DNA of 63,879 nt, counting the filler, from an uncultured bacterium (GTDB lineage: Bacteria > CAYJRR01), in assembly GCA_964372275.1 (NCBI GenBank). It is 4 parts of 4 records of this genome, joined end to end, with 100 filler letters (N's around TTAATTAATTAA, not from the genome) between each part and the next. Parts side by side here need not be neighbours in the genome. Positions count along the whole stretch, not along the records: positions 1 to 18,415 come from CAYJRR010000091.1; positions 18,516 to 36,632 come from CAYJRR010000092.1; 2 more parts are not named here. One strand, written 5' to 3'. The position numbers and the translations under genes were made by a program. Shown here piece after piece: positions 9,804 to 19,741 of the stretch; the stretch's first letter is position 1; every line of letters starts with the position of its first letter. A model generated the notes under the pieces. It ran no database searches and was not told the origin of the DNA. It was given only the letters and a program-made list of their open reading frames with translations.

Positions 9804-10946
9804 ATGCGTAACCGGTGCGCATTCTGCGGCGCGGAAGAGCTCTCGGGGCGGCGCTTCATCTCCACCCGGTCGACGGCGATCTGCGAGAACTGCGTCCGCG
9901 ACGCGGCGGAGACGTTGGACGGCGAGCGTACGGCCGGGGCTGCGCAGACGCCGGAGCGCGCGCATCCGGCCGACGCTCCGGTGGCCGGACCGCCGGCGTT
10001 CGTTCCGCTCTCCGGCCGGGCCATGCCGCGCTTCGCCGGCATCTCCACCTTCTTCCGCCTTCCGGTATGGGAGGAGGTGCGCGGCGCCGACGTGGCGATC
10101 CTCGGGATCCCGTTCGACGGCGGCACCACCTACCGGCCGGGGGCGCGCTTCGGTCCCCGCGAGATCCGGTCGGCGAGCTGCCTCGGCCGCGGATTCCAGA
10201 CGGGGACCGGGGTCGACATCTTCCGGGGGTTGAAGATCTGCGACGCGGGGGACGTCCTCGCCATCCCGACCGACCTGCCGCGGACGCTCCGCAACGTCGA
10301 GGCCCGGATCGGTGAGATCGCCGACCGCGGGGCGATCCCCCTCTCGGTCGGCGGCGATCACACCGTGACGTTGCCGGTGCTTCGCGCGCTGGCGAAGCGC
10401 CACGACCGGAAGCTCGCGATCCTCCACTTCGACGCCCACCTCGACACCTACCCGCCGGCCTGGGACGTCGACTTCCACCACGGCACGACCTTCCGCCACG
10501 TCGTCGAGGAGCGGCTCGCCGATCCCGAGAAGGTGATCCAGGTCGGCATCCGCGGGCCGCTCGCGGGCGAGGACGATCTCGACTTCGCGCGCCGCCACGG
10601 ATTCGAGGTGATCACGATCGACGACGTCCGGGAGATGGGCGCGCGCGCCATTGCGCAACGGGTGCAGCGACTGCGCGGCTCGCCGGTCTACGTCAGCTTC
10701 GACATCGACGGCATCGACCCCGGGTACGCGCCGGGAACCGGGACCCCCGTTCCCGGAGGCCTGACCCCCTACGAGTGTCAGGTGATCCTGCGGGGCCTCG
10801 CCGGCCTCGAACTGGTCGGATTCGACGTCGTCGAGGTCAGCCCGCACGCCGATCCGACGGGCGTCACGCCGCTGGTCGCCGCCTCGATGATGCAGGAGTG
10901 GCTGGGGGCCCTGGCGAGCTTGCCGGCGCGTCGCCGCCCCAAGTAG
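9804..10946 (+). CDS. speB: Agmatinase/ureohydrolase with N-terminal ClpX-type C4 zinc finger
   Basis: [53 protein letters not shown]-terminal CAFCG...ICENCV. Confidence 0.85.
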   Translation: MRNRCAFCGAEELSGRRFISTRSTAICENCVRDAAETLDGERTAGAAQTPERAHPADAPVAGPPAFVPLSGRAMPRFAGISTFFRLPVWEEVRGADVAILGIPFDGGTTYRPGARFGPREIRSASCLGRGFQTGTGVDIFRGLKICDAGDVLAIPTDLPRTLRNVEARIGEIADRGAIPLSVGGDHTVTLPVLRALAKRHDRKLAILHFDAHLDTYPPAWDVDFHHGTTFRHVVEERLADPEKVIQVGIRGPLAGEDDLDFARRHGFEVITIDDVREMGARAIAQRVQRLRGSPVYVSFDIDGIDPGYAPGTGTPVPGGLTPYECQVILRGLAGLELVGFDVVEVSPHADPTGVTPLVAASMMQEWLGALASLPARRRPK

Positions 10947-10957
10947 ATTCTCGCCCC

Positions 10958-12493
10958 ATGTCGAAGACCGAACGCGCGCTCGCCCACTTCGCCCGGTATC
11001 GCGACACCTACCTCGAGGAGCTCAAGGAGCTGGTCCGGATCCCGAGCTGCTCCTTCCCGGGCTTCGACCCGGCGGAGGTGCGGCGGTCGGCGGAGGCGAC
11101 GGCGGCTCTCTTGCGCCGCCGCGGCTTCGCCGACGTCCGGCTGCTCGAGATCGAGGGGGCGCACCCCTACGTCTTCGGGCAGGTGATCCGCGATCCGTCG
11201 GCCCCCACGCTGCTGCTGTACGCCCATCACGACGTCCAGCCCCCGGGCGAGGACGAGAAGTGGGAGTCGCCGGCCTACCAGCCGACCGAGCGCGGCGGCC
11301 GTCTCTTCGCGCGCGGCGCGGCCGACGACAAGGCGGGAATCTCGGTGCACGCCTGCGCCGTGGACGCCTGGCTGCGCGGCGCCGGCGAGATCCCGGTCAA
11401 CGTCAAGATCGTGGTGGAAGGGGAGGAGGAGATCGGTTCGACCCACCTCTCCCAATTCCTTCGTCGATACCGCGCGCTGCTCGACGCCGACGCCATCGTC
11501 CTCACCGACACCGGCAACTTCGACACCGGCCTTCCGTCGATCACCACCGCGCTTCGCGGGCTGGTTTCGGTCGACGTCGAGGTGCGCGCCGTTCGCCAGG
11601 CGCTCCATTCCGGGATGTGGGGCGGCCCCGTTCCCGACGCGGCGATGGCGCTGGCGAAGATCCTCTCCTCGCTGGTGAACGACGACGGCTCGATCGCCAT
11701 TCCCGGGATCCACAAGAAGGTGAAGGCCCTCACCGCGTCCGAACGGAAGTCGATCGCGTCGCTGCCGATCACCACCGCGGAGTTCCGCCGGCAGGCGGGG
11801 CTCCTTCCGAAGACCAGGCTCCTCGGCGGCAAGCGCCACCCGATGGAGATGAACTGGCGCCAACCATCGCTGGCGGTGAACGCGATCCAGGCCTCTTCGC
11901 GGAAGGACGCGCGCAACATCCTGGTCGACACGGCGTGGGCGCGGGTCGGCGTGCGTCTCGTCCCCGACATGGATCCGGAGGAGGTCGCGTCGAAGCTCGA
12001 GGCGGCGATTCGCAAGGCGGCGCCGTGGGGGGTCGAGGTGAAGGTCGAGCGCGAGGCGGCCGCGGGGCCGTGGTACACCTCGCCCGACCATCCCGCCTTC
12101 CAGGCCGCCTTTCGCGCGCTGGAGAAGGGATACGGCCGCAAGGCGATCGCCATGGGCTGCGGCGGGTCGATCCCGTTCGTCGAGCCGTTCGCCCGCGAGC
12201 TGGGCGGGGTGCCGGCGCTTCTGATCGGCGTCGAGGACCCCTACACCAACGCGCACTCCGAGAACGAATCGCTCTGCCTCTCCGACTGGGAGAAGGCGAT
12301 CAAGTCGGCGATCCACCTCTACGAGGAGCTGGCCAGGACGCTGGCCGAGCCCGCCGTGGCGGCCGCGCCGAATGCGGCGAGCGCACGTCAGCGGCGCGTC
12401 CCGTCGGCGGCGCCGACCGGTCGCGCGCGGGCCGCGCGCCCGGTCGCGAGGCGCGATGTCTCCCGCCGGCGCCAGGCGGCTCGCCGCGGATGA
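10958..12493 (+). CDS. M20/M25/M40 family metallo-dipeptidase
   Basis: [42 protein letters not shown]. Confidence 0.92.
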   Translation: MSKTERALAHFARYRDTYLEELKELVRIPSCSFPGFDPAEVRRSAEATAALLRRRGFADVRLLEIEGAHPYVFGQVIRDPSAPTLLLYAHHDVQPPGEDEKWESPAYQPTERGGRLFARGAADDKAGISVHACAVDAWLRGAGEIPVNVKIVVEGEEEIGSTHLSQFLRRYRALLDADAIVLTDTGNFDTGLPSITTALRGLVSVDVEVRAVRQALHSGMWGGPVPDAAMALAKILSSLVNDDGSIAIPGIHKKVKALTASERKSIASLPITTAEFRRQAGLLPKTRLLGGKRHPMEMNWRQPSLAVNAIQASSRKDARNILVDTAWARVGVRLVPDMDPEEVASKLEAAIRKAAPWGVEVKVEREAAAGPWYTSPDHPAFQAAFRALEKGYGRKAIAMGCGGSIPFVEPFARELGGVPALLIGVEDPYTNAHSENESLCLSDWEKAIKSAIHLYEELARTLAEPAVAAAPNAASARQRRVPSAAPTGRARAARPVARRDVSRRRQAARRG

Positions 12494-12521
12494 ACGCCGG
12501 GTCGGAACGGAGCGACGCGCC

Positions 12522-13115
12522 GTGAGCCCGGTTCGCCGGATCGAACAGGCGGCGGCCGCGCTGGAGCCGGCGTCGGCGCGCGATCTGGTGATGCGGGCGC
12601 TGGAGGTGGCGCGCGCCGCGCACGCCGGGCAGACGCGGGACGAAGGGAGCGACTACCTGGAGCACCCGGCGCGGGTGGCGCTGATCCTCCTCGAAGAGCG
12701 CGGCGTGCGCGATCCGGTGGAGCTCGCCGCGGCGCTCTGCCACGACGTGCTGGAGGACAGTCCGATGGCCGCCGGGGAGCTGGGCCGGCGCACCGATCCG
12801 AAGGTCGGCGAGATCGTCGCCGCCCTCACCAAGGATCCGATCGCCTCCGACCTAACCGGCGAAGCGCGGGTGGCGGCGAAAACGGCGCGCGACAACCGCT
12901 ACTACCATCACATCGCCACCTCGGAGCTCGCCGTGCGCCGGATCAAGTGCGCCGACCGGCTCGACAACCTCCGCGGCGTCCACAAGAGCCCCGAGCCCGG
13001 CAAACCGGGTCGATACGCCGCCGAAACCCGGGATCATCTCCTCCCGATCGCCAAGGCGACCGACGAGGCGCTCGCCGCCGAGCTCGAGAAGCTCGTCGCG
13101 CGTCTCGCGCCGTAG
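12522..13115 (+). CDS. HD-domain protein, Mesh1/small alarmone hydrolase-like
   Basis: AHAGQTRDEGSDYLEHP; AALCHDVLEDS; LTKD; IKCADRLDNL; start GTG 12522 uncertain. Confidence 0.85.
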   Translation: MSPVRRIEQAAAALEPASARDLVMRALEVARAAHAGQTRDEGSDYLEHPARVALILLEERGVRDPVELAAALCHDVLEDSPMAAGELGRRTDPKVGEIVAALTKDPIASDLTGEARVAAKTARDNRYYHHIATSELAVRRIKCADRLDNLRGVHKSPEPGKPGRYAAETRDHLLPIAKATDEALAAELEKLVARLAP

Positions 13116-13117
13116 CG

Positions 13118-13774
13118 TCAGCGCGGCGCTCCGCCTCCCAGCAAGGAAGAAGGTCCCACGGACGGCTGCCGTCCACCGGATCGGGTGTTCTGCTCCCGGC
13201 CGACGTTGGATCCGACCGCCAGCATGCCGCCGGGCGCCGATTCGGCGCGGAGGCCGTTGACACGAAAGACCGAGCCGAGCCCGTCGTCTCGCGGCGACAT
13301 CGTCCCACGAACCCACACCGGCCCGGTCTCGTGGGCGTGGTGAAGCAGACCGATCCGCTCGGGTCCCTGGAGAACGATCACCCGGTCCCGCGGCAGTTTC
13401 AGGACCGGGAGGTGGATCCTGTCCGCATCCCCGAGTCGAACGGGAACGGTCCCGATCTCTCCGTAGAGCCCGACCTCCTCCGAGGTCATCACGAAGACGT
13501 CACGGCCGGCGACCCGGCGGACCGAGCCCTGGACTGCGACGGTGGTTCCCGGGTAGGTGGAGATCCATTCGGCCGCGTGTCCGGGTCCACGCAGTTCGTA
13601 TCGGCGGCCGCCGATCTCGATCGCCGGAATCACTTCGCACTCGCCGCTCACGCAGGGCCCGATCAAGACCCGCGACGTTCCGATCTTCGTGCCGGGCGCC
13701 GGCTCGTGCGCGAACGCGGCCGGCGCGTACAAGGAAAGAACCGAGACCCACGCGATGCGACGATGACCCGGCAT
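13118..13774 (-). CDS. Hypothetical exported protein
   Basis: Signal peptide MPGHRRIAWVSVLSLYAPAAFA|HE; GGAGG upstream; sigma54 motif 38 nt upstream. Confidence 0.6.
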   Translation of the reverse strand: MPGHRRIAWVSVLSLYAPAAFAHEPAPGTKIGTSRVLIGPCVSGECEVIPAIEIGGRRYELRGPGHAAEWISTYPGTTVAVQGSVRRVAGRDVFVMTSEEVGLYGEIGTVPVRLGDADRIHLPVLKLPRDRVIVLQGPERIGLLHHAHETGPVWVRGTMSPRDDGLGSVFRVNGLRAESAPGGMLAVGSNVGREQNTRSGGRQPSVGPSSLLGGGAPR

Positions 13775-13811
13775 GGCGACCTCCCCGAATGACGAACCTC
13801 AACCCCTTTCA

Positions 13812-13828
13812 AGCACCGGACGTGCCAT
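13812..13828 (-). promoter_or_regulatory. Putative sigma54 (-24/-12) promoter
   Basis: ATGGCACGTCCGGTGCT on the minus strand, correct GG-N10-GC spacing. Confidence 0.65.
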
Positions 13829-13915
13829 CGGGAAACCGCAATGGAGACGGATGCTTGGCTGCCGCGCTCGGGGCGTGGGACATGGGCGTCCGGAGCCGAC
13901 GGTAGCCGGCGGGGG

Positions 13916-14671
13916 CTACCACTTGCCGGAGGCGCCGCGTCCGGAGAAGCCACCCGACGGGCGGCCGGACGAGCTCGAGGAGCTCCACGTCGAACGCGAC
14001 GGGCTGGAGCCGCTCCACGAGGAACGTGACGAACCCGACGGTCCCCCGGACGCGCTCCACCCGTGGTGAGCTCCCCAGCGGCGGCGGTAGCCGACGAGAC
14101 TCACGCCTCCGATGCGACGCAGGACGACCGACAGGACCACCGCCACGCCGAACACGACCGCTTGGAACGCCTTCGGGGAGAGCTCCCGGGAGGGGCGAGT
14201 GGCGGCGACGGTCGGTCGAGGCGTCGCCGCCGGGCGGATGCGGAGCAGGCGCGTCAGCTCGTAGGCGCCGGCGGCCAGGCCATCGGCGTAGCGTGCCTCC
14301 TGGAAGGCGGGGACCATGAACCGATCGATCACCCCGGCGATCTCGGCGTCGCTCACCGCCGGCATGGCGTCGGCGATCTCGATCCGCACCTCGCGCTCCG
14401 ACGGGTAGAAGGCGATCAGCGCCCCGCGGTCGCCGACACGGCTCCCGACGCGCCAGTCGTTCGCGATCCCTCGGGCGTGGATCGAGGTCGGCACCCCCCC
14501 TTGGTCGGGGAAGGTCGCGACGTCGATCTCCATGCGCGCCTCCGCCTCGAAGGCGGCGAGCTGCCGCTCCAGGTCGGCCTCCGCCTCGGCCGACAGGACG
14601 TTCGCCTGGTCGATCACGTGTTGCGGCGGACTGGCGAGGACGAGCCACGCCGCGACCAGGACGCCGGTCAC
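13916..14671 (-). CDS. TPM domain-containing membrane protein (YgcG-like)
   Basis: HVIDQANVLS...WRVG..GDRGALI..EREVRIE; TM helix; Gly/Ser tail GGFSGRGASGKW; start GTG 14671 inferred. Confidence 0.82.
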   Translation of the reverse strand: MTGVLVAAWLVLASPPQHVIDQANVLSAEAEADLERQLAAFEAEARMEIDVATFPDQGGVPTSIHARGIANDWRVGSRVGDRGALIAFYPSEREVRIEIADAMPAVSDAEIAGVIDRFMVPAFQEARYADGLAAGAYELTRLLRIRPAATPRPTVAATRPSRELSPKAFQAVVFGVAVVLSVVLRRIGGVSLVGYRRRWGAHHGWSASGGPSGSSRSSWSGSSPSRSTWSSSSSSGRPSGGFSGRGASGKW

Positions 14672-14702
14672 CGCGCGATCCCCGTGCGTGGCCGGGCGCC
14701 GG

Positions 14703-15173
14703 TCACGGAAGGTCTCCCGACCCGCGCTCCACCGATAGGTCGTCCGGAAGCTCGTTCCGGTCGCCGTCGGCGGCGCGCGGAAAGGCGCTCGCCAGGCGCC
14801 CGCCGATCGCTCCGATCGCCTCGACCAAACCGTCGCCGAATCGATCGCCGGCGAACGCGGTCGCCAGACGATCGCGCACCGTCTCCCAGAATGCCGGCTC
14901 GACCGTGGCGTCGATCCCGACATCGCCGATCACGGCGAACTCCCGATCGGCGACGGCGAGGAAGAGGAGGACGCCGTTTCGCGCGGCGGTGCGGTGCATC
15001 CCCATCCGCTCGAACGCGCGCCGCGCGGCGCGCTGCACGTCCCCTCCCGAACGTCGCTCGAGCCGGATCCGGACCTCCCCCGACGTCTTCGCCTCGGCGC
15101 GCCGGATCGCCGCCACCAGGTCGTCACGTTCGCGCCGCGAGAAGAAGCGCGCGGGGATCCGGCTGCGACTCAC
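14703..15173 (-). CDS. TPM domain-containing protein (small)
   Basis: AIRRAEAKTSGEVRI; RNGVLLFLAVADREFAVIGDVGI; NELPDDL. Confidence 0.88.
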   Translation of the reverse strand: MSRSRIPARFFSRRERDDLVAAIRRAEAKTSGEVRIRLERRSGGDVQRAARRAFERMGMHRTAARNGVLLFLAVADREFAVIGDVGIDATVEPAFWETVRDRLATAFAGDRFGDGLVEAIGAIGGRLASAFPRAADGDRNELPDDLSVERGSGDLP

Positions 15174-15182
15174 CCGGCGATC

Positions 15183-16595
15183 CTACCGCAGCGTCTCGCG
15201 AAACAGCCGCTCGATCCCGGCGACGCGCGCGTCGAGATTGGCCGGCGTCCAACCGGCGGTCTCGATCGGCGGATGCACCACCACCTCCACCGTCGTCGGC
15301 CGGATCACCACCCCGTGTTTCGGCAGGGCGTCCATGCTGTTCTTGAAGACGATCGGCACGATCGGGACCTTCGCCTGCATCGCCAGGTGGAACGCCCCCT
15401 TCTTGAACGGTCCGAGCGTTCCCGTGACGCTGCGCGTCCCTTCCGGGGCGATGGCGATCGACGAGCCCTCTTTCAGCGCCGCCATCGCCGGAGCGAGATC
15501 GGCCTTTCCCTTCCCGGGATCGAACCGCTCGACGAAGACCGTTCCGGCTGCCGCGAAGACGGCGCCCACGACCGGATAGCCGCGGATCTCCTTCTTCCCG
15601 ATGCCGACGAAGTCGCGCCGCAGGAGCTTGCAGAGCAGCAACATCTCCACCGCGCTCTGGTGGTTGAAGACGAAGACCGCCGGTCGGTGCGACCAGAGGT
15701 GCGGTCTCCCGGTGACCTGGAGCTCGATTCCGGAGAGCGCCAGCCCGACGTCTCCCCAGGTCGACATCGCCACGTTGAACCCTTTCCGGAGATCACGCTG
15801 CGCGAGCGCCGTCGGAACCCCGAGCAGGAGCGACGGCAGGCTGCTGGCGCCGACCAGCCAGGTGCGAACCACGTCGGTGGCGCGCGGCAGGCCGCGGCTG
15901 CGGAAGGTTCGCGTCGGCCAGCCGCGGCGGGCCGCCTCCCGCCGGAGCCGGAGGCCGGGGTTCAACGGCCTCGGCCGCCCGACCGCGCGGAACGCGGGGA
16001 GGTCGTCGTGGCTGTCGCCGTAGAACCAGCTCTTCCGGAGGTCGATGCCGCGCCCTTTCGCGAAGGCCCGCATGGCGATCGCCTTCCCCTCGCCGTGGCA
16101 CGCCGGCCGGACGACCTCCCCGGTGAAGCGTCCGTCCTTCCGCTCGAGCTGGGTGCAGAGCACGGCGTCGAACCCGAGCGCGCGCGCCAGCGGCTCGACC
16201 TGGTAGGGGAGCGCCGAGGAGACGGCCGCGACCACGTGCCCGCGCCGCCGGTGCGCGTCGACCAGGCGGCGCGATTCCGGGAAGATCTGCGACGCCAGGA
16301 ACGTCCGAAAGATCCGCTCCCCGACCGCCCGGAACTCCGCCTCCGGGACGCCCCGCAGCGTGCGGGCGAAGGCGGCGATCAGCCCGGAGAAGTTGCCGAT
16401 CCCGGCCTCCTGCCGCGCCGCGGCCCGCGCCATGCGCATCAGGTCGATCGCCCCGGCCTTGCGGCGGGCGATCAGGTGAGGGAGGAAGGCGAACGCCGAG
16501 AAGACGGCGAGCAGGGTGTGGTCGACGTCGAAGAAGGCCCCGATCCGTCGACCGGAAGGCGCGCCGTCGACCTCCGCGGTGAGCCCGTCGTCCAC
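15183..16595 (-). CDS. HAD-IB hydrolase / 1-acyl-sn-glycerol-3-phosphate acyltransferase fusion
   Basis: AFFDVDHTLL (HAD motif I); FYGDSHDDLP; FNHQSAVE and APEGTRS (PlsC motifs). Confidence 0.9.
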   Translation of the reverse strand: MDDGLTAEVDGAPSGRRIGAFFDVDHTLLAVFSAFAFLPHLIARRKAGAIDLMRMARAAARQEAGIGNFSGLIAAFARTLRGVPEAEFRAVGERIFRTFLASQIFPESRRLVDAHRRRGHVVAAVSSALPYQVEPLARALGFDAVLCTQLERKDGRFTGEVVRPACHGEGKAIAMRAFAKGRGIDLRKSWFYGDSHDDLPAFRAVGRPRPLNPGLRLRREAARRGWPTRTFRSRGLPRATDVVRTWLVGASSLPSLLLGVPTALAQRDLRKGFNVAMSTWGDVGLALSGIELQVTGRPHLWSHRPAVFVFNHQSAVEMLLLCKLLRRDFVGIGKKEIRGYPVVGAVFAAAGTVFVERFDPGKGKADLAPAMAALKEGSSIAIAPEGTRSVTGTLGPFKKGAFHLAMQAKVPIVPIVFKNSMDALPKHGVVIRPTTVEVVVHPPIETAGWTPANLDARVAGIERLFRETLR

Positions 16596-16608
16596 GCGCG
16601 GGACCTCC

Positions 16609-18150
16609 TCACTTCACCGTCACGTCGAAGCTTTCGACGGGACGGGACGCGACCGGCCGCGGGATGACCCGGATCCCGAATCGGTTCTCCAGGGCCTCCA
16701 CCGACGCGCGCTCCTCTCCGTACATCAGGTCGGCGATCCCGGGATGGACCTCGACGAAGAGGCTCCGGTTGCGGTGGGTCCGCGCCTTGCGCTGGATCTC
16801 GCGCAGGATCTCGTAGCAGACCGTGACCTTGCTCTTGTGGTAGCCCTTCCCCTCGCACAGGTCGCAGGGCTCGCCCGACAGCTTCCCGAACCCCTCGCCG
16901 GTGCGCTTGCGCGTCATCTCCACCAGCCCCAGGTCGGAGATCTTGGTGACGTTGGTCTTCGCGCGGTCCCCGCGCAACGCCTCGTTCAGCGCTGCCTGGA
17001 CCTTTTCGCGGTTCTCCGCGCGGTCCATGTCGATGAAGTCGATGATCACGATCCCGCCGATCGAGCGCAGGCGGAGCTGGTTGACCACCTCCTTCGCCGC
17101 CTCCAGGTTGGTCTTGAGGATCGTCTCCTCGAGGTCCTTCTTGCCGATGAACTTGCCGGTGTTGACGTCGATCGCGACCAGCGCCTCGGCCTGGTCGATG
17201 ATCAGGTAGCCGCCGCTTTTCAGCCACACCTTGCGGTGGAACAGCTTGTCGATCTCCGGCTCGACCTTGTAGTGATCGAAAATCGGTTCGTCCGAGGCGT
17301 AGTGCTGAACCTGGGTCTTCGACTGCGGGATCACCGTCTGCACGAAGTTGACGATGCGCCGGAACTCCCCCTCGTCGTCGACGTGCAGCGTCGAGATGTC
17401 GTCGGTCATCACGTCGCGCACGATCCGCAGCGGCAGGTCGAGGTCCCGGTGACAGAGCGCCGGCGCGTGGTGCTCGTCCTTCCCCACGTCGCGCCACACC
17501 TCGAACAGGAACTCCATGTCCCGCAGCAGCGTCTGCTCGGAGACGCCGCTCGACGCGGTCCGGACGATGAACCCCATCCCCTTCGGGCGGCAGGCGTTGA
17601 GGATCTCGCGCAGGCGCCGCCGCTCGCGGCTGTCCCCCACGCGGCGCGAGACGCCGACCCGGTCGATCGTCGGCATCATCACCAGGTAGCGCCCGGCGAT
17701 CGTCACGTGGCTGGTGATCCGCGCCCCCTTGGTGCCGATCGGCTCCTTGACCACCTGGCAGAGGATCTCCTGCCCGGGCTTCACCAGGTCCTGGATCTGG
17801 GCCTTGGGCTCGCCGCGCGACTCACGCCGGGACGGCTTCTTCCGGCGGGAGCGGGAGCGCTTGCGCCCGGACTCCTCGGCGTTCTCCTCGTCCTCCTCGT
17901 CGCCGAAGTCGAGGTCCTGGAACTCGGGGTAGATGTCGGTGACGTAGAGGAACGCCGCCTTGTCGATCCCGATGTCGACGAACGCCGCCTGCATGCCGGG
18001 AAGCACGCGGACGACCTTCCCCTTGTAGATGTTCCCGACGATCCCGCGTTCGCGCTTCCGTTCGGTGTGGAGCTCGACGAGAGAATCGCCCTCCAGGAGC
18101 GCGACGCGCGTCTCCTGGGTGCTGCAGTTGAAAATCAGTTGTTTCGACAC
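16609..18150 (-). CDS. rng: Rne/Rng family ribonuclease (RNase G-length)
   Basis: VGNIYKGKVVRVLPGMQAAFVDIG; KEPIGTKGAR; IDVNTGKF; TNLEAA; IGGIVIIDFIDM; CDLCEGKG. Confidence 0.93.
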   Translation of the reverse strand: MSKQLIFNCSTQETRVALLEGDSLVELHTERKRERGIVGNIYKGKVVRVLPGMQAAFVDIGIDKAAFLYVTDIYPEFQDLDFGDEEDEENAEESGRKRSRSRRKKPSRRESRGEPKAQIQDLVKPGQEILCQVVKEPIGTKGARITSHVTIAGRYLVMMPTIDRVGVSRRVGDSRERRRLREILNACRPKGMGFIVRTASSGVSEQTLLRDMEFLFEVWRDVGKDEHHAPALCHRDLDLPLRIVRDVMTDDISTLHVDDEGEFRRIVNFVQTVIPQSKTQVQHYASDEPIFDHYKVEPEIDKLFHRKVWLKSGGYLIIDQAEALVAIDVNTGKFIGKKDLEETILKTNLEAAKEVVNQLRLRSIGGIVIIDFIDMDRAENREKVQAALNEALRGDRAKTNVTKISDLGLVEMTRKRTGEGFGKLSGEPCDLCEGKGYHKSKVTVCYEILREIQRKARTHRNRSLFVEVHPGIADLMYGEERASVEALENRFGIRVIPRPVASRPVESFDVTVK

Positions 18151-18415
18151 ATCCCGCCTCGTTCAAGGCGGACCCCAACGGGTCCCTGGCGGGGATCGTC
18201 CGGCCACTCGGCGGATCTTCCGGCTTCGCGCGCCCCCACCGGGGCTCGTCGTCGGCCGGGGAAGCGCCGCCTTCGCAAGGCGCCGCTTCGATCCGTCGTC
18301 GGGCGGAACTACCGGGGAGCCTCCCCGGCCTTTCGGGTGCGCGAGGTCGCGCAACGTCCGAACTCCGGGTGCGGCTCCGTCCCGTCCGCCCCTCCCGTGT
18401 CGCCCGACCTTGTCG

Positions 18416-18515
18416 NNNNNNNNNNNNNNNNNNNNNNNNNNNNNNNNNNNNNNNNNNNNTTAATTAATTAANNNNNNNNNNNNNNNNNNNNNNNNNNNNN
18501 NNNNNNNNNNNNNNN
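18416..18515. other. Artificial contig-joining linker (N44-TTAATTAATTAA-N44)
   Basis: N runs flanking a six-frame stop cassette; identical at three places. Confidence 0.98.
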
Positions 18516-18790
18516 CGATAACCGATGGTTCGCAGCAGGTACTGCTGGCCATATTGGGCCGTCGCCGCGGCGACCGTGAGCAGCACGATCGCCGCCGACA
18601 GCGCCGCCAGGCGCCGCGTGTCCTTCGACTCCAGCGCCGTCTCGCCGAACTCCTTGAGGATCCAGATCGGCGAAGTGCCGGCAAGCCCCGCCACGCCGGC
18701 GCAGATCGCGGCAAAGACCATCTGCGCGGCGTGCGGCCGGAAGTAGCCGAGCACGCGCCGGTCGGTGGCGGTGAGGAGGCCGCGTTTCAA
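18516..18790 (-). CDS. ABC transporter permease/ATP-binding protein (MsbA-like), 5' fragment
   Basis: RRVLGYFRPH followed by two TM helices, typical ABC exporter N-terminus; cut by the contig edge. Confidence 0.65.
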
Positions 18791-18816
18791 GCCGGCGGAC
18801 TATAGCCCACGGCCCG

Positions 18817-19671
18817 TCAGGCGATCATGTCGACCAGCCGGCGGAGCGCCGGGAGTTGCTCGCGGATCTGACGGCGTTCCGGTCCTTCGACGGCCCTTTC
18901 GACGAAGCGGCGCAGGTCCTCGTAGGCGGGACCGAAGCACTCGAGGCGCAGCCAGAGAAGACCCCGATCCTTGACTTCGCCGATCGAGTCGGGGAGGAGG
19001 AGGAGGATGCGGTCGCAGGCGGAGATGGCGCGGGGGAAGTCGCCGCGCTTGTTCCAGACCCCCTTCAGGTTGGCGAGCATCCGCGCCAGGATCCCGCGCG
19101 CGGGGAGGACCGACATCAGCTCCTTGCGGTAGGGGATCTGTCCGGCGCTCAAGCGTCGCAGAAGGTTCCGGCAGTCGTCCTCGCTCACCACCTGACCGTA
19201 GAACGGATCGACCACCACCTCGTTTCCGTCGGGGAGGACCCACTTCGCCAGGAAGTGCCCGGGAAACCCGATCCCCTCCACCGGCCCCCCGAGCCGGCGC
19301 GCCACCTCCATGTAGACGCACGCCAGGGAGATCGGCAGCCCGGTGCGGCGGTCGAGCACCTCGTTCAGGAAGGAGTTCCGCGGGTCGTAGTAGTCCTGCT
19401 CGTTGCCGCGGAACCCGATCTCGCCGAACAGAAACGCGTGGTAACGGCGGATGAACTCCGCCGGGTCCTGCAGGGAGACGTCTCCGATCCGGATCTGCGC
19501 CTCGCCCGCCAGCTCGTCCAGCTTCCGGCGGTAGCGGTCGACGTCGAGGTCGAGGTACTCCTCCGCGGCGATCAGGAGCGCCGCCTCGGCGAGGTCGATC
19601 TCCGCCTCGGGTTTCGAGATGGCGTGGACGAATCGTTCCCGAATCGCGCCCGTGTCCGAACTCGGCGGCAC
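18817..19671 (-). CDS. SirB1/transglutaminase-like core + TPR protein
   Basis: LAEAALLIAAEEY; GFRGNEQDYYDPRNSFLNEVLDRRTGLPISL; GIGFPGHFL; ILARMLANLK; DRGLL. Confidence 0.9.
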   Translation of the reverse strand: MPPSSDTGAIRERFVHAISKPEAEIDLAEAALLIAAEEYLDLDVDRYRRKLDELAGEAQIRIGDVSLQDPAEFIRRYHAFLFGEIGFRGNEQDYYDPRNSFLNEVLDRRTGLPISLACVYMEVARRLGGPVEGIGFPGHFLAKWVLPDGNEVVVDPFYGQVVSEDDCRNLLRRLSAGQIPYRKELMSVLPARGILARMLANLKGVWNKRGDFPRAISACDRILLLLPDSIGEVKDRGLLWLRLECFGPAYEDLRRFVERAVEGPERRQIREQLPALRRLVDMIA

Positions 19672-19741
19672 GGTCGCCCATTTTACCACGCCTGCGGCCG
19701 TCGTTGCCCCCCTGGCGGAGAGTGCGTTATCCTTCAAAGGC

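Noticed and set aside
13916-15173. TPM pair lacking LemA as a novel system
   Set aside because: LemA may simply be elsewhere; TPM pairs are common.
18416-18515. TTAATTAATTAA palindrome within N runs (also at 36633 and 54724)
   Set aside because: Identical 100-nt six-frame-stop linker, an assembly concatenation artefact; no synteny should be inferred across it.
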